A DNA stretch of 64,000 nt, from positions 63 to 64,062 of the forward strand of contig DAOOPV010000007.1 of NCBI GenBank assembly GCA_035388405.1, in the 5' to 3' direction. This stretch comes from Anaerolineaceae bacterium (GTDB lineage Bacteria; Chloroflexota; Anaerolineae; Anaerolineales; Anaerolineaceae). Numbering within the stretch: position 1 is the first letter of the stretch; each line of letters opens with the position of its first letter. Under the pieces are notes generated by a model, which saw only the letters and a list, made by a program, of their open reading frames with translations, searched no databases and had not been told where the DNA came from. The translations under genes were made by a program, and so were the position numbers. This document shows positions 1 through 8,315 of the stretch, one piece after another.

Positions 1-2997
1 GACCGCTTCGGTTTTATCAAGACAGTTTGGCTGAGCAACACCAATCCTCAGGATGCCCCGTGCGATGTGGAAGTGCTGGATGGTTTTCAGAACATTCTTC
101 CAGCAAACATCAGCCCGGCAACCCAAAATGTGTACAGCTGCCTGCTGGATGCCTATAAACGCAGCGAATTGGACGAAGAGACAAACCTGGGATTGTTCGG
201 CCTTAACTCGCGATTGACTGACCTGGCTGAACCCAGCGAATCGCTGGTTGCAAACGTGGTTTTTCAGCTTGGGCTGGAGCCGCAACACGTGCTGCTTTCT
301 TCCAAACAGCTCCCCACCTTCCGGTTTGGGGGAAGCCTTGAAACAGAGACGGAAATTCGGGGGGAACGCGGTGCGTATTTTGTTCACGCCAACCTGCATT
401 TGGAAGCGGATCAAATTGCCCAATGGTACTTGGCAGCGGATGTTCACCAGGATCACACCGCTCTGGCACGTTTGCGGGAATTCCTGAAAACGCCCATGGA
501 CGCGAAGCAACAAGCGATTGAGCAGGATATTAAATTCAGCGCACTTGATTTACAGAACTATGTGGCAGACGCGGATGGATTGCAGGTTTCGGAGAAGATC
601 CATGCCAGCACGCACCATTTCGCAAACGTCCTTTTTAACGTCATGCGCGGTGGAATATTCTTTCAAAACTATTTGATCGAAAAATCTGACCTGCTGGATT
701 ATCTCTCCACCCACCAACGAGATCTTCCAACAGTTCATGCTGACTTCTTCGCAGCTTTGCCGGAAAAATTTAGTCTTTCGGAAATGCGTTCTCGCGCTGC
801 TGAATTGAGTGATCCCAGCCTGCGCCGTTTGCTGAACACCTATTTGCCCCTCACATTCAGCCGCCGGCATGGCGATCCCAGCCGACCATGGAATGTGTTT
901 TCCATCAACCTGAAAAATAAGGACGGCTCGCAACGCCTGGATTACGCGGGTAATTGGCGTGACATCTTCCAAAATTGGGAAGCCCTGGTGTATTCCTTCC
1001 CCGAGTTCGTGGAATCCACGGTGGATACTTTTTTGTGTGCTACTACGGCGGATGGATATAACCCTTACCGAATTAGCCGTGCTGGTTTGGATTGGGAAGT
1101 GCCTGAAGAAGGCAATCCCTGGGCGAATATCGGTTACTGGAGCGATCATCAAATTATCTATTTGCTCAAACTGATGGAAGCCAGTGAGCGTTTTCATCCC
1201 GGGGAGCTGCGTCAGCGGCTGGACATTCCAGTTCTGAGCTATGCGAATGTGCCCTATCGCATCAAAACCTACAAGGAGTTACAGAAAGATCCGCACAGCA
1301 CGATCGTGTATGATCACCTGCTGAATGAAAACATTGCAGAGCGGGTGCGGCAACATGGCAATGACGGACGCTTGCTGTTTGCCGCGGATGGCAGCGTTGT
1401 GCATGCCTCACTAGCCGAAAAGCTGCTCACGCTCATGTTGGCCAAACTGGTCAACTTCGTCCCGGAAGGCGGGATTTGGATGAATACCCAGCGCCCGGAA
1501 TGGAACGACGCGAACAACGCCCTGGTGGGGTATGGCCTCTCGGTGGTTACGCTTGGTTATCTGCGGCGCTTTGTGGCTTTTTTCCAGGAGCTGATCAAGG
1601 ATGAGGAGGGCGAGTTTTCCCTTCACAGCGAAGTTGCTGAATTACTCCAAACCATTGCCGGGCATCTAATGAGGTTCCAGCCCACTTTAAGGGGGCAATT
1701 CACAGCCGAAACGCGCCGGGAGATGATGGACGCGCTTGGCGAGGCTGGCAGCAGCTATCGCTCTGGGATTTACGCCCATGGATTCAGCGGAGACCTGAGC
1801 CAGTTGTCTGCAGATGCATTACGAGCGTTTCTGGCAACCGCGCAGGAATACCTGGAGCATAGTTTACGAGCCAACCGGCGCCCGGACGCGCTCTATCATT
1901 CTTATAATTTACTGCGCATTGAACCAGGGCGAGCCCATGTGGACCGCCTTTATGAAATGCTTGAAGGGCAAGTTTCAATCCTCTCTTCTGGTGTGTTGAA
2001 TGCTGAGGAGTCCCTTTCGCTCCTGGAGAGTCTGCGACTAAGTTCACTTTTCCGGGCGGACCAGCACACGTATATCCTCTATCCAGATCGGGTTTTACCC
2101 TCTTTCCTCAAAAAGAATACTTTGCTGCCTGAACAACTCAACCATTTGCAGTTACCTGCCCGATTGGTAGCAAATCTGGATACGACCCTTTTGACCCAGG
2201 ACATTCACGGCTTGTTTCACTTTGGCAGCAGCCTGCGCAATATCAAGGATGTGCGTAAAGTTTTGGAAACCCTGCGAAACCAGCCCGAGTATGTGGATCT
2301 GGTTGACCAGGAAAGCGACTCTGTTCAACGTTTGTTTGAAAACACCTTCCGCCATGCCGAGTTCACCGGACGTTCCGGTACCTTCTTTGCTTATGAGGGC
2401 TTGGGGAGCGTCTATTGGCACATGATTTCGAAACTTCTATTGGCAGTCCAGGAGACCGCTGTGCGGTTTAGAAACGAACCTGATGCGGAAAAGCTGTGCG
2501 ATTTCTACCGTGATGTTCGTGCGGGGCTTGGGTATCAGAAAACACCTGCTGAGTACGGCGCTTTTCCCGCCGATCCATATTCACATACCCCCAAAGGACG
2601 CGGCGCGCGCCAGCCAGGCATGACCGGGATGGTAAAAGAGGAAATCCTGACCCGCCAGTTGGAGGTGGGGGTGCGGTTCGAAGCAGGGCGGCTGGTGTTT
2701 GACTCCTATTTACTTGATTCATCTGAACTGCTCTCTTCACCGCGTAGATTTGCCTATTTGGATGTGTTAGGCGAACAGCAGACTCTGACCTTACCGGCTG
2801 GGACACTGACCTTCTTCGTCTGCCAGACCCCCGTTTCCGTTCAATTTGGCGATCGCGATGAAATCGAAATTCACCATGCAGATGAAACATCCCGGAAACA
2901 AAGCGGTCTCTGGTTGGATACAGAAACCAGTCAGCACATATTCATGAGAGATGGTGTAATCAAGCGTTTGATTGTGACTTTTGTACGCAGGGAATAA
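1..2997 (+). CDS. Large conserved protein of unknown function, 5' end cut by the window edge (at least 998 aa)
   Basis: Frame 1 is open from nt 1 (DRFGFIKTVWLSNTNPQDAP precedes the listed GTG at 67) to TAA at 2995-2997. It is one long ORF with backbone-like GC-rich codon usage. I cannot name a family motif with confidence. The overlapping antisense ORFs are shorter shadow ORFs. Confidence 0.75.
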   Translation, partial: DRFGFIKTVWLSNTNPQDAPCDVEVLDGFQNILPANISPATQNVYSCLLDAYKRSELDEETNLGLFGLNSRLTDLAEPSESLVANVVFQLGLEPQHVLLSSKQLPTFRFGGSLETETEIRGERGAYFVHANLHLEADQIAQWYLAADVHQDHTALARLREFLKTPMDAKQQAIEQDIKFSALDLQNYVADADGLQVSEKIHASTHHFANVLFNVMRGGIFFQNYLIEKSDLLDYLSTHQRDLPTVHADFFAALPEKFSLSEMRSRAAELSDPSLRRLLNTYLPLTFSRRHGDPSRPWNVFSINLKNKDGSQRLDYAGNWRDIFQNWEALVYSFPEFVESTVDTFLCATTADGYNPYRISRAGLDWEVPEEGNPWANIGYWSDHQIIYLLKLMEASERFHPGELRQRLDIPVLSYANVPYRIKTYKELQKDPHSTIVYDHLLNENIAERVRQHGNDGRLLFAADGSVVHASLAEKLLTLMLAKLVNFVPEGGIWMNTQRPEWNDANNALVGYGLSVVTLGYLRRFVAFFQELIKDEEGEFSLHSEVAELLQTIAGHLMRFQPTLRGQFTAETRREMMDALGEAGSSYRSGIYAHGFSGDLSQLSADALRAFLATAQEYLEHSLRANRRPDALYHSYNLLRIEPGRAHVDRLYEMLEGQVSILSSGVLNAEESLSLLESLRLSSLFRADQHTYILYPDRVLPSFLKKNTLLPEQLNHLQLPARLVANLDTTLLTQDIHGLFHFGSSLRNIKDVRKVLETLRNQPEYVDLVDQESDSVQRLFENTFRHAEFTGRSGTFFAYEGLGSVYWHMISKLLLAVQETAVRFRNEPDAEKLCDFYRDVRAGLGYQKTPAEYGAFPADPYSHTPKGRGARQPGMTGMVKEEILTRQLEVGVRFEAGRLVFDSYLLDSSELLSSPRRFAYLDVLGEQQTLTLPAGTLTFFVCQTPVSVQFGDRDEIEIHHADETSRKQSGLWLDTETSQHIFMRDGVIKRLIVTFVRRE

Positions 2998-3007
2998 TAT
3001 CGGATTT

Positions 3008-3152
3008 GGTACGTTCAAAAACAGAGCGCACCCTACAGAGAGCAAAAGAATCCAACAAATGAGAAGGTAGGGTGCGATCTTCCGTTGATCGCACCAATCA
3101 ATGCAGGTGGATGTTATTATGGTGCGTTCAAAGGCGGAACGCACCCTACAGA
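3008..3152. repeat. Three copies of a hairpin unit (GGTGCGNTC-N7-GANCGCACC), two followed by CTACAGA, in a convergent intergenic region
   Basis: Read directly. 3008-3032 is ggtacgttc/aaaaaca/gagcgcacc (imperfect). 3071-3095 is ggtgcgatc/ttccgtt/gatcgcacc. 3121-3145 is ggtgcgttc/aaaggcg/gaacgcacc. gtagggtgcg at 3068-3076 is also the reverse complement of cgcaccctac at 3027-3036. Confidence 0.7.
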
Positions 3153-3254
3153 AAATAAATGAATAATACAAGTGAGCCGGATTGACCCCCAAAAATATAC
3201 GGGGCATGCCTGCTATCCCCTTGTAACTTACTCTCAGGTTTATAGAAAAAACTT

Positions 3255-3812
3255 TTACGAGAAGACCTTCTCCACAAGAGCAGTGTATTCCTGCCATGCT
3301 GGAAACTTCTCCAACTCTACGGTGGCATCAGCAATGGCGCGGTAATACCAGGCGTGCTTCTTGGGGTCTTTTTGGTTAAAACGCTCCCAAAGTTGGTCGC
3401 CAAGCGCCAGGTGGTCCCGGTACATGGAGCGGATGTTAGAGAGTTTGTCTCCAAGCGCCACCATCTTCACGGCAAGATCTTTCTCACCGTCGAGGTGTTG
3501 GATGGTTTCCTGCTTGCGGATCAGCCATGTGTCTGAAGCGGGAAGATCTTCCCGCTTGTTTTCGGTCTCTGAGTTTACAAGGCCAGCCACGCGCTCGCCA
3601 AACTTATCCGCGATCTCATACATGGAGATATGAGCGTCCTCCAGGGTGTCGTGCAGGACCGCGGCGGCAATGATTTCAAGGTCGTCCGTCATGCTTGCCA
3701 CGATGGCGGCAGCTTCAAGCGGGTGCAGGATGTAGGGTGTGTTCGTACCTTTGCGGAGTTGGCCGCTGTGGGCATGGATGGCAAAAACTATCGCGTCGTC
3801 CAGTAAAGTCAT
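3255..3812 (-). CDS. HD-domain protein, RelA/SpoT-hydrolase-like (small alarmone hydrolase type)
   Basis: 185 aa. It has HAHSGQLRKGTNTPYILHPLEAA, then AAVLHDTLEDA (the HD dyad), then ETENKRED, which is the usual layout of stand-alone (p)ppGpp-hydrolase-like HD proteins. Confidence 0.75.
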   Translation of the reverse strand: MTLLDDAIVFAIHAHSGQLRKGTNTPYILHPLEAAAIVASMTDDLEIIAAAVLHDTLEDAHISMYEIADKFGERVAGLVNSETENKREDLPASDTWLIRKQETIQHLDGEKDLAVKMVALGDKLSNIRSMYRDHLALGDQLWERFNQKDPKKHAWYYRAIADATVELEKFPAWQEYTALVEKVFS

Positions 3813-3844
3813 ATATTCCTCCCATAAATAAATGTGAGAAATAG

Positions 3845-4177
3845 TTACGGCTGTTTTTCGAGGCGGCTAAGAAAGGCTTCGAGGATGACGCCATAGGCAA
3901 CGCCCGCGATGAAACTGATCGGATCCCGAAAATTCGTGGAGCTGTAAAAAGCAAAGGAAACCAGCAGCCCGATAATTGCCCCGCGCAGCAAGGATTTGTT
4001 CCGGCTTGTAGTCTGCCACGGTGCTCCAACAGCCAAACCAATGATGACCCGGTTGAACCACAGAGCAAAAATGAAAGTTGGAGAGGCAATTCCACCCGAG
4101 CGCAGGGATGCCCCGACCACACAAACAATTCCTAACACCGCACCACCGATCAGCGCCAATTTCAATCTTTTAGTCAT
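3845..4177 (-). CDS. Small integral membrane protein (about 3-4 hydrophobic helices), unknown function
   Basis: 110 aa, dominated by hydrophobic stretches (LALIGGAVLGIVCVVGA, FIFALWFNRVIIGLAVGA, AIIGLLVSFAFY, FIAGVAYGVILEAF). ATG at 4177. Confidence 0.6.
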   Translation of the reverse strand: MTKRLKLALIGGAVLGIVCVVGASLRSGGIASPTFIFALWFNRVIIGLAVGAPWQTTSRNKSLLRGAIIGLLVSFAFYSSTNFRDPISFIAGVAYGVILEAFLSRLEKQP

Positions 4178-4600
4178 AATTTGCCTCTATACCTGCTCCG
4201 AATAAGTGAATTATTGAAATTATCTCTTGTGGTTTAATGGTATCACTTTCCCTAAAGACAATATCGTTAAGAAATCCCTTGGTTGTTCTTCAGTTGTGGC
4301 AATCCTTAGCCATGATAAGCAAATTTATGTGTTTAAGTGACTTAAGAAATTGACGGACGTTCCCGTCCAGGCGGGTGTGATCAGGATTTCAGGGTTTAGT
4401 TCTTCGCATCTTGCGTTTACCTGCGAGAAGTGGCTGGTATCCCAAAAATCGTCGGGCTTACGCGCCAATTCGTGCATGTGGGTAATCACGAGCTGACGGG
4501 GTAGCCCATCTCGAGCACACCATTGCCATCCCTGACGTGCAGCCCCTATAATGGATGAGATCCAGGTCTTTGGTCCGAATTGGTACCACTGGGGGGGCAC
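4157..4600. repeat. Copy A of a diverged local duplication: membrane-protein gene start, intergenic spacer and a decayed MBL gene 3' part
   Basis: 4161-4260 aligns loosely with 6307-6410 (ttcaatcttt..gtcata.., ..tggtatcactttc..). The core 4362-4493 aligns with 6508-6639 with about 6 mismatches in 132 nt by eye. 4501-4600 aligns with about 6836-6950, so copy A lacks the equivalent of about 6648-6835. Confidence 0.8.
4325..4600 (-). pseudogene. Remnant of the 3' part of an MBL-fold hydrolase gene (paralogous to 6489-7355), with an internal deletion
   Basis: The 91-aa ORF ends ...RQLVITHMHELARKPDDFWDTSHFSQVNARCEELNPEILITPAWTG. This is nearly identical to the C-terminus of the 288-aa MBL protein (...RRLVVTHMHELARKPDDFWDTSHFSQVNARCGELNPEILITPAWTG). 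It has no N-terminal catalytic part (no HxHxDH). Confidence 0.75.
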
Positions 4601-4828
4601 GATAGTACATGGTGTTTTTCTAAAAAATTGATTCCCAGTAATTCAAGTTAAAAGTAAAATATATTTATGTTTTGTCAAAATTGAGTATTTCGACAGGATT
4701 AATTTCATTTGCATTCTTTTTACATCTCAACTAATCTGGAAGTTAAAATATTATCTACAACAATTATGACTTTCCGTTTACTGTAATGCCAACCGTTTTT
4801 TATCAATGAATAATTATGCGAGTATATT

Positions 4829-5179
4829 TTATCCCTTTATATTTTTCACCAAACCAAACGCTTTTATTCCAATAGTTATTATCTTGTCTAATACTGAATT
4901 TCCGAATTTTTTGCCTAAGGCAAGTGCTACCACGCTAGCAATTGTAGCTCCAACTCCAGCTTTGACCTTCCCAGCTTTAACCTTGGTATCTTCATGCTTT
5001 GCATGGCAGCGTACACAGTATTTGTCATTAACTTCAGGCAGCGGGAAAAAGCAATCCTTGCATACATGAAATAACGGACTTCCGCATTTTGAGCAGAATA
5101 TCTCTGATTCTTTGAATTTAAGTTTCTTAATATGAGCCTCACAAGACTCATTGACACAACCTTTGATTTTTTTCATCAT
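4829..5179 (-). CDS. Double zinc-ribbon protein with a Lys-rich hydrophobic/amphipathic C-terminal tail
   Basis: 116 aa. Four Cys pairs (C8/C13, C29/C32, C40/C43, C55/C58) make two zinc ribbons. The tail is KVKAGKVKAGVGATIASVVALALGKKFG...IGIKAFGLVKNIKG. The start overlaps the upstream stop (ATGA at 5176-5179). It lies in a strongly AT-rich segment. Confidence 0.65.
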   Translation of the reverse strand: MMKKIKGCVNESCEAHIKKLKFKESEIFCSKCGSPLFHVCKDCFFPLPEVNDKYCVRCHAKHEDTKVKAGKVKAGVGATIASVVALALGKKFGNSVLDKIITIGIKAFGLVKNIKG

Positions 5180-6210
5180 TTATTCTCCTTTATAACGTCA
5201 AGATAGATCGTCTTATCAGGTGTATTTATTTGCTTGTAAAAATCTGACACATCGAGCTTCAGCTTAGCTCTTGATTTCCAAATACCCTTTTCGGTTCCGT
5301 TATCTGTTCTATCACATTGTCCGAGTAATCCTGCGTTCTTCGCTACGGTTCCATCAATGAAATATGAATATTCATTGAGCACAGTTGACATAGCCGTTAA
5401 TTCACCCTCGCTGCAATAGATTCCAGCACGAAGCATCGTAGCCTGATGAATAAACGAGAATGACTGATTAATGCTATTAATGCGACTGTCAATCAATTCA
5501 ACACTTTTTCCTTTACCAATCTTATACTCACCATCAGCAAGGTATTTGATGTCTGACTGCATTGTTAGTCCAAGTTGAAATCTAGCCTCCGAAAGCGCCC
5601 GTAAAGATTGCGCAATTAAGGCTTTTCTCATTTCTGGATCAACAACATTTCTTGCTTCTAAGTACAAGGTCAATCCGCTATAGTACAATCCGATTCTGTC
5701 ATTCTGCTGTCCTTGTATTACTTCCCTAACACTCTGGTCTATGATTGCAATCTGGTCAGCAATCTGCTGAACTTGCTCTTGAAGTGCTTTCATCTGCAAT
5801 GAATTAGCCGTCTGGATTGGATCGATACCTTTTGCAAAGACTTCTTTCCGAATATCTAACTTCGAACCGTACCTACCACTGGCCTCACGGACCTGAGCGT
5901 ACATTTTGCCATATTTGTCTGTTGATAATTTAATCTTGCCACTTTCAATTGCTTCCAGGGTTTTTTCAGAAGCATTGACGACATATTTGTAACCCTTCTT
6001 CGTTGCTTCGTGAACCTGGGCAAAGATTGGGGATGCTTTTGCTACTGCTCTATAAACATTCTCAACAATAATCTCGGCTTGAGAGAGCTTCAACTTTAGA
6101 CCATTTGACAATAACTTAACAGGATATGCCGTGGTATAAGGAGATAGTTCATCCGATTCCGGACTCGTTAAGTCAATATAAACATTTTCACTTTTGATGA
6201 TTTCGGCCAT
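5176..6210 (-). CDS. 344-aa protein of unknown function, predicted largely helical/coiled-coil in its centre
   Basis: Clean ORF with GGAGG-type RBS (aaaggagggtaaaaATG on the minus strand). The central region is heptad-like and Q/E-rich (LQMKALQEQVQQIADQIAIIDQSVREVIQGQQ). I recognise no catalytic motif. It is translationally coupled to the zinc-ribbon gene. Confidence 0.65.
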   Translation of the reverse strand: MAEIIKSENVYIDLTSPESDELSPYTTAYPVKLLSNGLKLKLSQAEIIVENVYRAVAKASPIFAQVHEATKKGYKYVVNASEKTLEAIESGKIKLSTDKYGKMYAQVREASGRYGSKLDIRKEVFAKGIDPIQTANSLQMKALQEQVQQIADQIAIIDQSVREVIQGQQNDRIGLYYSGLTLYLEARNVVDPEMRKALIAQSLRALSEARFQLGLTMQSDIKYLADGEYKIGKGKSVELIDSRINSINQSFSFIHQATMLRAGIYCSEGELTAMSTVLNEYSYFIDGTVAKNAGLLGQCDRTDNGTEKGIWKSRAKLKLDVSDFYKQINTPDKTIYLDVIKENK

Positions 6211-6299
6211 TTTTACCCTCCTTTAACTTATCATTCCATTTTCAAATAATAATTTTACCCCACTTCCTGGTGTTCAAGCCAACGATTACCCATGCTTCA

Positions 6300-6950
6300 G
6301 GCAACTTTCAATCTTTTTGTCATAAATAGCCTTTCTTAACCGGTTTCGAATGAACAAATTGAGGAATACTTCGTTTGTGGCTGAATAGTATCACTTTCTT
6401 TGACAGTAAGTTTTCTTTTGTCTATCACCTTATTGTCCTCTAGTGATAGCAAGCGTCAACCACCAAGTTAATTGGTGCAGCAGAGACATTAGAGCTCAAC
6501 TGACATCCCCGTCCAGGCGGGTGTGATCAGGATTTCAGGGTTTAGTTCCCCGCATCTTGCATTCACCTGCGAGAAGTGGCTGGTATCCCAAAAATCGTCG
6601 GGCTTACGCGCCAATTCGTGCATGTGGGTGACCACGAGCCGGCGGGGGGCAGGCTCAGTGATAAAGCGGCAAAAATCTTCAAGCAGGGGAGGTGTTTCGT
6701 AGAGGGCACACTTTTTTCCAAGCCAGAGGTGCGCGAAGATGCCATCCAGGCTGCCAAGTTTGGTCAGGCTCTCTGGCGGGAACAGGCGGGTATCGCCTGG
6801 GAAGGCCCATCTTTTTCCGGAGAACTCCGCCAGGTAGCCCATTTCCGGTACCCCATTGCCATCCCTGAAGTGCAGCCCCTCAAAGGGTGTCAGGACCAGG
6901 TTCTTGATCTGAATCGGCACACCCGGCTGCGGTATGACAACCTTCGGAGT
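6300..6950. repeat. Copy B of the local duplication: 8-codon remnant of the membrane-protein gene, spacer and the 3' part of the intact MBL gene
   Basis: On the minus strand, 6300-6325 reads ATGACAAAAAGATTGAAAGTTGCCTGA (MTKRLKVA*). This matches the first six codons (MTKRLK) of the 3845-4177 gene. 6508-6639 is about 95% identical to 4362-4493. Confidence 0.8.
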
Positions 6951-7355
6951 TTTCCCCATGAAGATTGTTTGGACCTCTTTTAGCATAAACTCCGGCACAA
7001 TCCATGAGATAGGCAGATCAACGAGGTCGGAAAGTAGCTCGAGATCAAGATGATCAGCATGCCTGTGGGTCAGAACCACCGCCTCCAGGGGAGCCAGGTC
7101 GTTTGCAAAATCCAGGTTGTTTGGCAGAGAGAGGCGTGAGAACAGGGAGAGTGGATCCAAAGCCCAATGGACACCAGCAGTATGGAAGAGGTAATTAGCG
7201 CAGTAAGTCAGCCAGGCGGCATCTGTTTCAGCAGCCCGCCACTGCGCGACCATTTGTTCCCAGAGAGCATGGTAGCCCTCCACAGCGGTTTTTGCTAGAA
7301 GGGCTATCCTGGCTTGTTGGTCTTCGAAATTTATTCTATGCGTAGTATTTTGCAA
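6489..7355 (-). CDS. MBL-fold metallo-hydrolase
   Basis: 288 aa with THRHADHLD (HxHxDH metal motif). It overlaps the upstream PfkB gene stop by 20 nt (operonic). Confidence 0.8.
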   Translation of the reverse strand: MQNTTHRINFEDQQARIALLAKTAVEGYHALWEQMVAQWRAAETDAAWLTYCANYLFHTAGVHWALDPLSLFSRLSLPNNLDFANDLAPLEAVVLTHRHADHLDLELLSDLVDLPISWIVPEFMLKEVQTIFMGKTPKVVIPQPGVPIQIKNLVLTPFEGLHFRDGNGVPEMGYLAEFSGKRWAFPGDTRLFPPESLTKLGSLDGIFAHLWLGKKCALYETPPLLEDFCRFITEPAPRRLVVTHMHELARKPDDFWDTSHFSQVNARCGELNPEILITPAWTGMSVEL

Positions 7356-8229
7356 TGAAGTCTTCCACTTCAGCGAGGGTGCGGTTGAAAATGCCCAGTT
7401 TTTCCACTTTCATACTGGTAACCGCAGCGGCGTATTTTCCAGCTTCGCGGGGTGGAAGGGAGAGGCGCGCGCTCACATATGAACCAAGGCAGGTATCCCC
7501 TCTGCCGCTGCGACCATCCATGCTCTTGGAGTGGAATTCGTAGTGGTGGTTTTGACCATCCGCGTGCACCAGAACTCCGGTTGCGTGGGTGAGCAAGATT
7601 TCTTTCGCGCCCTGCTGCACATAAAAGGCAGCCGCTTTCTCGATATCGGTCTCACCAGTCAGGTATTTGGCTTCCATGGCGTCGGATTTCAAGATATCCA
7701 GATCTGAGAGAACCTCTCTCATTTCATCCCAGGGTTCATAGACAAGGTCCTGCCCGCGCAGCACTCTGACAAAGCCCTGGACATCCGCAGCCAGCAGGAC
7801 GCCTTCACGCGACCGCATGGCGTGGAAAAAGGCGGGTTCCACTTCCCCGCGGATGCTTGGGCTGACCGCGATTGCACGGGCCGTGAGCCCCTCCAGATGT
7901 TCTGGATGGATGGTTCCGGCGGTGTGGGTCACGTAAAGATCGCGTTTGTCCACATCCAGCGTTTTGTATTCCAGGGTCATCAGTGTGGAAGACGGGCTAT
8001 AAATGGGGTAGCAGTCGATTCCATCCGCGCGCAGCATCTGCACTACGTGCTCATCTTCTTTTGCCAGGTGGGTCACCACCGCGCCGCGGAGCCCAAGCGC
8101 CTTGCCGGCGTGGGCGGCATAATTCATGCCACCGCCGTCCACCTGGCGCGTGCCTGCGGGTGTGATGATGGTGTCTTTGGTGTAGTTACCAGCAAAAATT
8201 ACATCATAATGTTTTTCAGTTTTTTCCAT
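7336..8229 (-). CDS. PfkB-family carbohydrate kinase
   Basis: The N-terminus VIFAGNYTKDTII and the C-terminal anion-hole motif GRGDTCLGSY are typical of the ribokinase/PfkB family. The preferred start is ATG at 8229 (MEKTEKHY), preceded by GGAGAAGAG. The ORF-track start at 8268 lacks an RBS. Confidence 0.8.
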   Translation of the reverse strand: MEKTEKHYDVIFAGNYTKDTIITPAGTRQVDGGGMNYAAHAGKALGLRGAVVTHLAKEDEHVVQMLRADGIDCYPIYSPSSTLMTLEYKTLDVDKRDLYVTHTAGTIHPEHLEGLTARAIAVSPSIRGEVEPAFFHAMRSREGVLLAADVQGFVRVLRGQDLVYEPWDEMREVLSDLDILKSDAMEAKYLTGETDIEKAAAFYVQQGAKEILLTHATGVLVHADGQNHHYEFHSKSMDGRSGRGDTCLGSYVSARLSLPPREAGKYAAAVTSMKVEKLGIFNRTLAEVEDFIAKYYA

Positions 8230-8315
8230 TCTCTTCTCCAAAAAAGACAAATACGTTCTAATGTGCAAGCATTTAGCTCCTGTTAGAGGCCGCAGATCTG
8301 ACCGACAGCTTCTCG

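Noticed and set aside
550-1197. 215-aa minus-strand ORF inside the large 5'-truncated gene
   Set aside because: It is fully nested antisense to a roughly 1000-aa ORF and has no motif support.
4325-4600. Treating the 91-aa ORF as a functional small gene
   Set aside because: It is only the C-terminal tail of an MBL hydrolase, lacking the metal-binding N-terminal part. It has an internal deletion relative to the intact paralogue and a frame-divergent end, so a pseudogene is the better call.
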